This document shows, one piece after another, positions 47,786 to 56,729 of a stretch of DNA of 64,000 nucleotides (its first letter is position 1; each line of letters opens with the position of its first letter). A program made the translations under genes and the position numbers. Location of the stretch: assembly GCA_041665365.1 (NCBI GenBank), contig JBAYIY010000008.1, positions 6,396-70,395 on the forward strand, given 5' to 3'. This DNA is from Patescibacteria group bacterium (GTDB lineage: Bacteria; Patescibacteriota; Patescibacteriia; UBA9570). The notes beneath the pieces are model-generated. The model was given only the letters and a program-made list of their open reading frames with translations. It ran no database searches and was not told the DNA's origin.

Positions 47786-48892
47786 ATGCAACGTTTGGGG
47801 ATATTAGGAGGGGGGCAACTGGGTCGCATGTTAATTCAAGCGGCCATGAATTATGATATTTATGTGCAGGTGCTCGATCCTGATGCCGAGGCGCCGTGCC
47901 ATACTGTTTGCAATAAATTTGTCCAAGGTTCATTAACTGATTACGAAACCGTTTTGCAATTCGGTCAGGAGGTTGATGTGATAACTATCGAAATTGAACA
48001 TGTTAATGTTGAGGCTTTAAAAGCATTACAAAAGCAAGGTAAAAAAGTTTATCCACAACCTGAAATAATTGAATTGATTCAAGATAAAGGCAATCAAAAA
48101 GATTGGTATGTGAAACACAGTGTGCCGACCGCTCCGTTCACTTTAGGCACAGCCGAATATACAGGAAAGTTTCCAGTGATGCAGAAATTGCGGCGGTTAG
48201 GCTATGATGGTAAAGGTGTAAAAAAAATAATCTCAGTGCGTGATTTATCTAAACAGTTTACTGAACCGGCATTTTTTGAAGAGTTCATTCCTTTTCAAAA
48301 GGAAATTGCCGTCATCGTGGCGCGCAATCAGCGGGGAGATATCGCGACTTATCCGGTAGTGGAAATGAAGTTTCATTTGGAAGCGCATTTAGTGGATTGG
48401 TTAATGGCACCAGCCCGCGTGAGTAAAACAATTGCCGAACAAGCGCATAGTGTGGCCATGCGGATTGCCGAAGAATTAAAATTAGTTGGTGTCTTAGCCG
48501 TTGAGATGTTTGTTACCACAGCGGGGGATGTTTTAGTAAATGAAATCGCGCCCCGGCCTCATAACAGTGGTCATCATACCATTGAGGCTAATGAGACATC
48601 GCAATATGATCAACACCTACGGGCGATCTTTAATTGGCCATTGGGTGCAACCACTGCCCGACAAACAGCCGTTATGATAAACTTATTGGGCGAAGCCGGT
48701 TATGAGGGGGTAGCCAATTATCAAAATTTGTCTCATGTATTGGCCGAAGCGGGTGTCTATGTGCATCTGTATGGTAAAGTTTATACCAGACCAATGCGTA
48801 AAATGGGGCACATCACCGTATTAGCCGATGATGCCCAAACGGCTTTAGCTAAAGCCCTGGCACTTAAACAAAGATTAAAAGTAATTTCATAA
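47786..48892 (+). CDS. purK: N5-carboxyaminoimidazole ribonucleotide synthase
   Basis: ATP-grasp, N-term [13 protein letters not shown]; start reassigned to ATG 47786. Confidence 0.85.
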   Translation: MQRLGILGGGQLGRMLIQAAMNYDIYVQVLDPDAEAPCHTVCNKFVQGSLTDYETVLQFGQEVDVITIEIEHVNVEALKALQKQGKKVYPQPEIIELIQDKGNQKDWYVKHSVPTAPFTLGTAEYTGKFPVMQKLRRLGYDGKGVKKIISVRDLSKQFTEPAFFEEFIPFQKEIAVIVARNQRGDIATYPVVEMKFHLEAHLVDWLMAPARVSKTIAEQAHSVAMRIAEELKLVGVLAVEMFVTTAGDVLVNEIAPRPHNSGHHTIEANETSQYDQHLRAIFNWPLGATTARQTAVMINLLGEAGYEGVANYQNLSHVLAEAGVYVHLYGKVYTRPMRKMGHITVLADDAQTALAKALALKQRLKVIS

Positions 48893-48896
48893 TTCT

Positions 48897-49388
48897 ATGA
48901 CAGCGAAACCAATTATCGGTATTATCATGGGGAGTGAATCAGATTTAGCTACCATGCAACCAGCGGCGGATATATTAAAACAATTCGACGTTGAGTTTGA
49001 ATTAACGATTGTGTCAGCGCATCGGACACCGGATAGAATGTTTGACTACGCAAAAACAGCGGTTGGTCGTGGTTTAAAAGTAATCATTGCTGGAGCCGGT
49101 GGCGCCGCGCACTTACCCGGTATGGTAGCATCTCTAACCACTCTGCCAGTAATTGGTGTACCGATAAAATCCAGCAACTCGATTGACGGGATTGATTCTT
49201 TATTATCGATTGCTCAAATGCCAGCCGGTGTGCCAGTGGCCACGGTGGCGGTGAATGGTGCCCAGAATGCTGGTATACTAGCCGCTGAAATTATCGCTCT
49301 TAACCAGCTAGTGTTACAGAAAAAATTAGTAGCTTATAAAACCAAATTAAAAGATAAGGTGCAAGCGGCTATTAAGAATCTAAAATAA
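48897..49388 (+). CDS. purE: N5-carboxyaminoimidazole ribonucleotide mutase
   Basis: [11 protein letters not shown]...SAHRTPD...AGGAAHLPG signature. Confidence 0.9.
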   Translation: MTAKPIIGIIMGSESDLATMQPAADILKQFDVEFELTIVSAHRTPDRMFDYAKTAVGRGLKVIIAGAGGAAHLPGMVASLTTLPVIGVPIKSSNSIDGIDSLLSIAQMPAGVPVATVAVNGAQNAGILAAEIIALNQLVLQKKLVAYKTKLKDKVQAAIKNLK

Positions 49389-49480
49389 CTTTACCCCCTC
49401 TGTCCCCCTTGCAGGGGGATAAGAGAAAAAGTTTAGAAAAAATCTTTTCTTAGCCCCCTGCAAGGGGGTTGGGGGTAAAT
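49389..49480. repeat. 92-bp MITE-like element E49 with ~33-bp imperfect terminal inverted repeats (CTTTACCCCC...CCCCCTTGCAGGGGG / CCCCCTGCAAGGGGG...GGGGGTAAAT) and central TAAGAGAAAAAGTTTAGAAAAAATC
   Basis: Read in sequence; homologous in core and left flank to E42. Confidence 0.7.
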
Positions 49481-49492
49481 TCCGGTCAGTCT

Positions 49493-49972
49493 CTACTTTA
49501 TCTGTTTCTCTAACAGCTGACTAATCTTATCGACATCTAATTGTCTCAACATTTGTTTGAGCTCTTTATCATTAGTGGTATTTAACCCATCATGTTCGGC
49601 TATATAAACGGCTAAGTGCATCACTTTGGTGAGTTCTTGTTCGGTAATTAAATCAAGTTGTAAATCAATTTCTTCGCGCACATCCGCAATATGAGCAGCC
49701 CGATTTTGCGAAATCAATACTACAATGGCTAAAAAAATCGCTTCTAAAGATACTGCCATAGTGAGTAAGGCAAACGGAAATGGATCGAATGAAGGTATCA
49801 TTGGTATCAAGTTGATATTGATAAGTATCCATATAAAAAAAAGCACTACATTTATAATCAGAAATTGGATAGTGCCAAAACGGCTCGTCATCCAATCGGC
49901 TAAACGTTCTGCTGGAGTGCGTTTTGAATTGGCTTTAGCTTGAAAACTGTTTATGTGATGCATGTAAGCCAT
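49493..49972 (-). CDS. DUF1003-like small membrane protein
   Basis: Two TM helices then LISQNRAAHIADVREEIDLQLDL pattern; family from memory. Confidence 0.45.
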   Translation of the reverse strand: MAYMHHINSFQAKANSKRTPAERLADWMTSRFGTIQFLIINVVLFFIWILININLIPMIPSFDPFPFALLTMAVSLEAIFLAIVVLISQNRAAHIADVREEIDLQLDLITEQELTKVMHLAVYIAEHDGLNTTNDKELKQMLRQLDVDKISQLLEKQIK

Positions 49973-50029
49973 AATACCGCATTGGCAGAAAAATTGACAA
50001 TGAGATAGGTTTTACATTAGGGTAGAGTA

Positions 50030-50887
50030 ATGAAAAGAGTTTTCGCAGTGGTAATTATTATGATTTTAATAGGTGTCGGCTCGGTCTTTTGGTGGAAAAA
50101 TAAATCAACTAATAGTGTTGCACTAGATAATTCTAAACTCCAAGTGGTAGCCACATTTTATCCATTAGGTTATTTTGCCCAGCAAGTGGGAGGGGATAAA
50201 GTAGTAGTTACCACCATTGTGCCGAATGGCGTAGAACCGCACGATTTCGCACCTACCCCACGGGACATTATCAATATCAATCAGGCGGATGTTTTTATTT
50301 ATACAGGAGCCGGGTTTGACCCTTGGGCTGAAAATGTCGATACTAAGCAACGTTTACAAGCGACTACGATAGATCAACAAACTGATCCACATGTTTGGTT
50401 AGATCCAGTTTTGATGCAAGCTTTTGTGACCAGACTTAGCCAAGTATATAGTACGGCTGACCCGAGCCATAAAACTTATTATACCAATCAGGCCAATGAC
50501 GTGATCAAACGGTTATATAACTTAGATCAATCTTATCAACAAAAACTATATAATTGTTCTGTTAGAAAAGTTATTACAACACATAATGCCTTTGCGTATT
50601 TGGCAAACAGATATGGTTTTGAAATTTTTCCTGTGATTGGTCTTAATCCCAATGAAGCACCGTCTGCTCAAACCATCGCCGAGTTATCAGATTTAGCCCG
50701 AAGTTATCAGATTAAATATATTTTCTTTGAAGAAATGACCTCACCGAAGGTTAGTGAAACTTTAGCCCAGGAAGTGGGAGCGCAAGCGCACGTGTTGAGC
50801 CCTCTAGAAAGTGCCACCTCAGGAGATTATTTTTCTATCATGGAAAGCAACGCTAATGTGCTAGCGACAGCCATGGAGTGTCAATGA
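50030..50887 (+). CDS. metal (Zn/Mn) ABC transporter substrate-binding protein, TroA/ZnuA family
   Basis: VVATFYPLGYFAQQVGGD, HDFAPTPRD, DPHVWLDP metal-site motifs. Confidence 0.8.
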   Translation: MKRVFAVVIIMILIGVGSVFWWKNKSTNSVALDNSKLQVVATFYPLGYFAQQVGGDKVVVTTIVPNGVEPHDFAPTPRDIININQADVFIYTGAGFDPWAENVDTKQRLQATTIDQQTDPHVWLDPVLMQAFVTRLSQVYSTADPSHKTYYTNQANDVIKRLYNLDQSYQQKLYNCSVRKVITTHNAFAYLANRYGFEIFPVIGLNPNEAPSAQTIAELSDLARSYQIKYIFFEEMTSPKVSETLAQEVGAQAHVLSPLESATSGDYFSIMESNANVLATAMECQ

Positions 50888-51489
50888 TGGCCGCCAATGG
50901 GGATCAGTTTGAAACCCACATAAGTGATAATCAAAGCGGCTACTGCCCCAAATACTCGTATGGTGCTCGGGGAAAAATTCCAACCGCCGATATTAGCAAA
51001 AGTATTAGCCGCTTCATCTGGTTTGTAAGCACCGCTATCGACTGTTTCGGTATTAAGTGTTTGTTTAGTTGTATCGATGTGCATGACATGATCAATTTTT
51101 TCGGTGGTAGCTGTAAAATTAAATTTACGTAACTGTTTGGTAGCATTTATACTAAAAGTTACTTTGTGTTGTTGGTAAAATTCCAGACTGGCTTTTTTAG
51201 ATTGGGCTGTTTCCGTGGGCATGGTTTTATCGAGTCGTTCGATAAAATAAGTCCAACGATCTTCATCTGGGTGAGAGTTTTTATTAAACAAGCATTGTCC
51301 ATCATAACAAGGATAAATCACATCTTTACTATCAGCACCAGCTTCACGATGAGCGCGCACTACCACTGCACTACTGGCTATTTCTTGATCTAAATACACA
51401 AATAACTTGGGTTCATAGGTTGAACTATACACAAACCCAAAGGCAACACTGGGTACAATTAACAATAATAAGATAATCAGGTGCTTCAT
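50881..51489 (-). CDS. hypothetical secreted protein with C-terminal TM anchor (start reassigned to MKHLIILLLLIVPSVAFG)
   Basis: Signal-peptide-like N-terminus; no domain recognised. Confidence 0.35.
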   Translation of the reverse strand: MKHLIILLLLIVPSVAFGFVYSSTYEPKLFVYLDQEIASSAVVVRAHREAGADSKDVIYPCYDGQCLFNKNSHPDEDRWTYFIERLDKTMPTETAQSKKASLEFYQQHKVTFSINATKQLRKFNFTATTEKIDHVMHIDTTKQTLNTETVDSGAYKPDEAANTFANIGGWNFSPSTIRVFGAVAALIITYVGFKLIPIGGHH

Positions 51490-51532
51490 AAGTGGCCATG
51501 AGTATACTATAAGTGGTGATTTTTTGTCACTA

Positions 51533-52087
51533 CTAGCCAAATAAATGGCTAAGCAGTATTTTGCAACCCAAACCAATTAGTACTAAACCAGCGCCTAACT
51601 CAGCTGGTTTAGAGATACTTTTTGGAATCCAACGTGTGCCAATAAAAGCTAAATAACAAACCAAACCAGTCACACCACCAATGATAGTGATGGTAATTAG
51701 TGGTTGAGAGGAAATAGTGGGTAAGGTAAAACCAACCGCTAAGGCATCTATACTGGTAGCCACACCTAATAATAAAATACTTTTTAGGGATATTTTTACA
51801 TTTGGTTGTGCCTCTGCTGAGTTTAATACCGTTCTAATCATGTTGATACCAAGTAGGGCTAGCAAAATAAAAGCAATCCAATGATCGACCATAATAATTT
51901 GTTCATAAAACAGTACAGTGGTTTTCCAACCCAACCAGGGCATGATGGCTTGGAAAACACCAAAATTAAGGGCAATTAACCCGGCGTTTATTTTAGATAA
52001 ATGTTTGTGTTTCACGCCAAGCGCGAGTGAGACAACAAAAGCATCGACGGCGAGTGATAAAGCTAGAATCAAATCAGTGATAAGCAT
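51533..52087 (-). CDS. mntP: manganese efflux pump MntP
   Basis: N-term MLITDLILALSLAVDAFVVSLALG and repeated DA motif in second half; 184 aa, 6 TM. Confidence 0.75.
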   Translation of the reverse strand: MLITDLILALSLAVDAFVVSLALGVKHKHLSKINAGLIALNFGVFQAIMPWLGWKTTVLFYEQIIMVDHWIAFILLALLGINMIRTVLNSAEAQPNVKISLKSILLLGVATSIDALAVGFTLPTISSQPLITITIIGGVTGLVCYLAFIGTRWIPKSISKPAELGAGLVLIGLGCKILLSHLFG

Positions 52088-52125
52088 AATTTACAATTAG
52101 TCTAACATATTTCTAATTTAAAAAC

Positions 52126-53040
52126 TTGACAGGGTTTTTGAAATCTACTACAACCAATAGTATGATTAATGTAAACAACTTAATTCATCGCTTTGGCACT
52201 ACCATAGCGGTGAACGATATCAGCTTTAAAGTTGATACCGGCGAAGTGGTGGGTTTTCTAGGACCCAATGGAGCCGGGAAGACAACTACCATGCGGCTAT
52301 TAACCGGGTATTTACAACCAGTTAGTGGCACAATCGAAATTGATAACCGACAAGATATTGGTTATCTACCGGAAAATAACCCGTTATATGAAACCCAGCG
52401 GGTGTATGAGTATTTAGAGTTTATCGCGCGAGCCAAAAATATTACCGCCTTAACTAGTGAAATTAAACGAGTAGTACGGGAGACACATTTATCAGATAAA
52501 ATAAATTTAACGATCAGTGAGTTATCTAAGGGGTATCGGCAACGGGTTGGGTTAGCCGCCGCATTGTTGGGTGACCCAAAGGTGTTGTTATTAGATGAAC
52601 CCACTTCAGGGTTAGATCCAAATCAATCGGCTGATATTCGTCAGTTAATTCGTACTCTGGGTAAAACCAAATCGGTGTTGTTTTCTACACACATCTTACA
52701 AGAAGTGCAATCAGTGTGTGATCGTGCCATCATTATTAATCGAGGTAAAATTGTCGGGCAGGGGACAGTGGCCGAATTGGTCGCTCAAGCTGAGGGTAAA
52801 AAACAATTGCATTTAACGATTACCGGGTCAGTTGAGGCAGTGCGTGATAGTTTGAACAAGATTGAACAGGTGACCATGATTGATCAACCAGCCGAGCAGC
52901 AGTATGTTCTGGAAACACCGGCCAGTGTGGATATTCGTAAAACTGTGTTTGATTTATGTGTGGCTCAGCACTGGACATTATTAGAGATGCAGCAAACGCA
53001 AGTGAGCTTAGAAGAAGTTTTCCATCAATTAACCGCTTAA
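52126..53040 (+). CDS. ABC transporter ATP-binding protein (ABC-2/GldA-like)
   Basis: Walker A GPNGAGKTTT, signature LSKGYRQRV, Walker B LLLDEP. Confidence 0.85.
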   Translation: MTGFLKSTTTNSMINVNNLIHRFGTTIAVNDISFKVDTGEVVGFLGPNGAGKTTTMRLLTGYLQPVSGTIEIDNRQDIGYLPENNPLYETQRVYEYLEFIARAKNITALTSEIKRVVRETHLSDKINLTISELSKGYRQRVGLAAALLGDPKVLLLDEPTSGLDPNQSADIRQLIRTLGKTKSVLFSTHILQEVQSVCDRAIIINRGKIVGQGTVAELVAQAEGKKQLHLTITGSVEAVRDSLNKIEQVTMIDQPAEQQYVLETPASVDIRKTVFDLCVAQHWTLLEMQQTQVSLEEVFHQLTA

Positions 53041-53045
53041 TACCT

Positions 53046-55274
53046 ATGCCTAGTTGGTTCGCCTTATATCGTAAAGAGTTAGTCAACTATTTTTACTCAT
53101 TGTTGTCTTATCTCTTCATTATTGTTTTCTTAGTAGTTTTATCGTGGTTAGCTTGGCAAGATTTGTTTCTTGTGAACCAAGCCACGATGCGCAGTTTTTT
53201 TACATTACTGCCCTGGTTTTATCTATTCTTGTTGCCGGCTTTATCCATGCGTTTATGGAGTGAAGAAAAAAAGCAGGGCACAGAAGAGATATTGCTCACC
53301 TTACCATTATCAGATACGCAAGCGGTGTTGGCAAAATTCGCGGCGGCAGCAAGCTTCTTAGGTTTGGTATTACTGTGTTCATTACCCTTTCCAATTACCT
53401 TAGCGCAAATGGGCAATTTAGATTGGGGCCCTGTCATTGGTGGTTATGTGGGAGCTTGGCTTTTGGGCTGTAGTTATTTAGCGATCGGTCAGTTTGTTTC
53501 GGCTTTAACGAAGAATCAGATTGTAGCTTTCTTGCTGACAATTGGCGTGGCTTTTATCTTGTTGGTAATTGGTATTCCATCATTAGTATCTGGTACCAGT
53601 TGGTTTGCCCGGGTTTTGTTTTTACTCTCCACACAGACACATTTCCAAAATTTAGGTAAAGGCGTAATTGATTTGCGCGATGTGGTGTATTATTTATCCC
53701 TCTGTAGTATTGGTTTGTTGTTAACCATTACAGTATTACGCAAACAACGCTTTGGTATACAACGCACTACCCAAGTTGCTCTAGTAATAGGTTCGGTAAT
53801 TTTACTGAATGGTATATTAATGCCAGTGACACTGCGAGCTGATCTAACCCAAACCAAACAATATACTTTAGCTGATGTTTCCAAACAAACGGTCAAAGAT
53901 TTAACTCAGCCGGTGACGCTAAAGTTATTTTTTACGAGTAAAGTGCCGCAAGATTTATTAGCTCTGCGGCAAGATGTCACAGATATTTTGAATGAATATC
54001 ATCAAGCTAATTCAAATCAGGTAATAGTAGATATTCAGGAACCAAACGAGACTGATACACAATCTTATGGCATTCCGCAGATTCAATTTAATATCATGGG
54101 CAGTGAAAAGTTTGAAGTGTCCACCGGGTACACTGGGTTAGCCATTGTTTATGGTGATAGTTATGAAACTATCCCAGTTATTTCTGATACCACCACACTC
54201 GAATATGATATTACGGCGGCCATGCAAAAATTAACCCGTGATAAAACTCCGGAATTGGCTTGGGTGAATGATCATGGGGAAGTGAGTGCTAAAAATCTGC
54301 AAAGTTATTTGCGTAAACAATATACCGTTACTCCAACCAAAGCTGCCGATTTAGCTACCACTTCAGCTACTACAGCTGTGTTAGTTGGACCAACAACAGC
54401 GTTTACCGATCAAGAACGATATATTGTAGATCAATACATCATGAAGGGTAATAAAGTATTGTTGTTATTACCTGGCGAAACCGTTGATATGCAATATTTA
54501 TCAGCTAGCGCTAACGCGACTGATTTAGATAAACTCTTAGAAGAATATGGTGTCACTGTTAATCAAGATCTAGTGGCGGATTTTGGTTCGTCACAAACTT
54601 TACCGTTTGGTAGTAATGGTTATACGGTTTATCAATCGTACCCACTCTGGCCGGTTATTACAGCAGATGGTTTCAATAAAGATTCAGCCGTGACAGCAAC
54701 ATTGCAATCAACCACCTTAGCCTGGCCTAGCTCGCTTTCAGTGCATGTCGCTAACGGGGTAACAGCTACGACTTTATTACAGACTACCAAGCAAGCTTAT
54801 TCATATACTGGAAGTATATCGGTTAATCCAAATGATTTAACCACCCCAAATAAGGCGGACTTGAATCAAAAAACTATTGGGGTGTGGCTAAGTGGTCATC
54901 TTAATAGTGCTTACCCAGCCGATAAGTTACCAGACGGTATGGATGCCAGTAAATACGTTAGTCAAACTGATGCTGGGCAGATTATCATCATAGCTGATGC
55001 CGATTTTGTGTCCGATAATTTTCTCCAACAATCTTTAGATAATGCTACTGTAGTGGTGAATAGCATTGATGCTTTATCTCAAGATACCGGTTTAATGACG
55101 ATTCGGTCACGCGCCGCGTTAGATCGTCCTTTAAAAAGTATGACCGACGGTGAAAAAGTAGTGACTAAATACACTAATATATTTTCTGGCATTGTGATCG
55201 TGGTGCTCTTGGCTGGAGCCAGTTTTTACTGGCGCCGCCGCCGCGATCGCTTTGCTAAACATCTTTATGCCTAA
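53046..55274 (+). CDS. fused ABC-2 permease (GldF-like) and GldG-like auxiliary domain
   Basis: N-terminal six-TM ABC-2 permease, large extracytoplasmic region, C-terminal TM; start reassigned to ATG 53046 just after ATPase stop. Confidence 0.65.
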   Translation: MPSWFALYRKELVNYFYSLLSYLFIIVFLVVLSWLAWQDLFLVNQATMRSFFTLLPWFYLFLLPALSMRLWSEEKKQGTEEILLTLPLSDTQAVLAKFAAAASFLGLVLLCSLPFPITLAQMGNLDWGPVIGGYVGAWLLGCSYLAIGQFVSALTKNQIVAFLLTIGVAFILLVIGIPSLVSGTSWFARVLFLLSTQTHFQNLGKGVIDLRDVVYYLSLCSIGLLLTITVLRKQRFGIQRTTQVALVIGSVILLNGILMPVTLRADLTQTKQYTLADVSKQTVKDLTQPVTLKLFFTSKVPQDLLALRQDVTDILNEYHQANSNQVIVDIQEPNETDTQSYGIPQIQFNIMGSEKFEVSTGYTGLAIVYGDSYETIPVISDTTTLEYDITAAMQKLTRDKTPELAWVNDHGEVSAKNLQSYLRKQYTVTPTKAADLATTSATTAVLVGPTTAFTDQERYIVDQYIMKGNKVLLLLPGETVDMQYLSASANATDLDKLLEEYGVTVNQDLVADFGSSQTLPFGSNGYTVYQSYPLWPVITADGFNKDSAVTATLQSTTLAWPSSLSVHVANGVTATTLLQTTKQAYSYTGSISVNPNDLTTPNKADLNQKTIGVWLSGHLNSAYPADKLPDGMDASKYVSQTDAGQIIIIADADFVSDNFLQQSLDNATVVVNSIDALSQDTGLMTIRSRAALDRPLKSMTDGEKVVTKYTNIFSGIVIVVLLAGASFYWRRRRDRFAKHLYA

Positions 55275-55794
55275 ACTAAATTCAACCACAATCATTTTAA
55301 TCGGCACATTTGTTTTGTTAGTTGGTATTTTTTCCTGGCAATATTGGAGTAAGGCATCAACTCAAAAACAAGCTACTGTTCAAAAACAGTTCATCTCAGA
55401 CTTTTCTGTTGATGCTGTTACAGAATTATCCATTACTAAAGGTGATACTACAACTACACTGCAAAAACAATCCGATCAGTGGGTTATTACTTCAAACAAC
55501 AATGTGGCCGCCGATGATAGTGCGATTAAAGCCTTACTTAACACTCTGCATGATAGTACCATTCAAGCTACTATCACTAACACAACCGATCAAGCTGAAC
55601 TTTATGGTTTAGATCAAGCTCAGGTGATTCATATCGTTGCGAAAAATAATGGTCAAACCGTAGCGGATGTACAAGTTGGTAAAATCGGCAAAGCGTATAA
55701 TACTTGGTATGGTACGCGTAATACTGATCAAACTGTTTATTTATTATCCGGTAGTCACACATCTTTGGTGAATGATAAATGGGAGAATGTCTAG
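55267..55794 (+). CDS. DUF4340-like protein (commonly follows GldG-type ABC auxiliary genes)
   Basis: N-terminal TM then ~150 aa domain; context-based. Confidence 0.45.
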   Translation: MPKLNSTTIILIGTFVLLVGIFSWQYWSKASTQKQATVQKQFISDFSVDAVTELSITKGDTTTTLQKQSDQWVITSNNNVAADDSAIKALLNTLHDSTIQATITNTTDQAELYGLDQAQVIHIVAKNNGQTVADVQVGKIGKAYNTWYGTRNTDQTVYLLSGSHTSLVNDKWENV

Positions 55795-56686
55795 ATTACC
55801 AATCAAGGGTTGGACGTTCGCATTATTAGCAACATTTACGTGGGGTGGTTATCTTAGTCTAGCCAAAATCGTGTTGGAGAAAATTACTGTTGAGCATTTT
55901 TTAGTGTTGCGGTTTTTCATTGGGGCAGCCGTATTGTTCGGAATAATTATCTTAACACGTGACTCATTAGTAATAAAACGTGTGCAGTGGTGGGCTGTAA
56001 TATTTACGGCCACCATCGGTATTATTTTGCACCAGTCAATTCAAGCCACTGGTTTACGTTTTACTACTGCCACTAACACCGGTTGGATTCTAACCTTTAT
56101 TCCAGTGGTGACCGGATTGTTAGCCTATTGGTTTTTACACGAACCGATTCGTCTTAAACAAGTAATCGGTTTAATCATCGCCGGGGTGGGTTTAATTACT
56201 TTAATAACCAATGGGGATGTTTTACATTTATTTAGTAGCTATCACTATGGCGATTATTTAATTATGGGTAGTGTGGTTACTTGGTCTATCTATACGGTCA
56301 GTACCAAAAAATATCTGTCTGGTTATTCGGCGTTAGTTGTTTCGATGTACCAAATGTTGCTGGGTGGGATATTTTTTCTAGCTCTATCTGGATCAACTTT
56401 AATGGTTGATGTCATTCACTTGTCAAATCTGGAATGGTGCTATGTTGTCCTGGCTGGTGCCTTCGCTTCAGGTTTAGCCTATGTCTGGTGGAACAGTGCC
56501 GCCAAACTATTAGATTCCCTCACCACCTCTATGTTTATGTTTTTCGAATCGATTGTGGCTATGGTGGTTGGCTTTTTACTTTTAGGTGAACATATTTCAG
56601 TTGTGCAGTTACTTGGAATTGGTGTGATTATTTTAGGTGTTTGTGTGGCTATTATTAAACCAAAAGAGTCGATGGTTACAAAATAA
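55772..56686 (+). CDS. EamA/DMT-superfamily transporter (alternative start 55787)
   Basis: Ten TM helices in two EamA repeats. Confidence 0.75.
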   Translation: MINGRMSRLPIKGWTFALLATFTWGGYLSLAKIVLEKITVEHFLVLRFFIGAAVLFGIIILTRDSLVIKRVQWWAVIFTATIGIILHQSIQATGLRFTTATNTGWILTFIPVVTGLLAYWFLHEPIRLKQVIGLIIAGVGLITLITNGDVLHLFSSYHYGDYLIMGSVVTWSIYTVSTKKYLSGYSALVVSMYQMLLGGIFFLALSGSTLMVDVIHLSNLEWCYVVLAGAFASGLAYVWWNSAAKLLDSLTTSMFMFFESIVAMVVGFLLLGEHISVVQLLGIGVIILGVCVAIIKPKESMVTK

Positions 56687-56687
56687 A

Positions 56688-56727
56688 ACCAGTAGAGACG
56701 TGCCGCCGGCATGACTCTACTGGTTTT
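56688..56727. terminator. bidirectional terminator ACCAGTAGAGACGTGCCGCCGGCATGACTCTACTGGT plus T-run
   Basis: Imperfect palindrome (2 mismatches) of the GTAGAGACGTGCC family. Confidence 0.6.
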
Positions 56728-56729
56728 AT

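Noticed and set aside
50030-50887. Complete ZnuABC operon
   Set aside because: Only the substrate-binding component is present; the adjacent ABC ATPase and permease (52126-55274) are ABC-2/GldG-type, not ZnuC/ZnuB-like.
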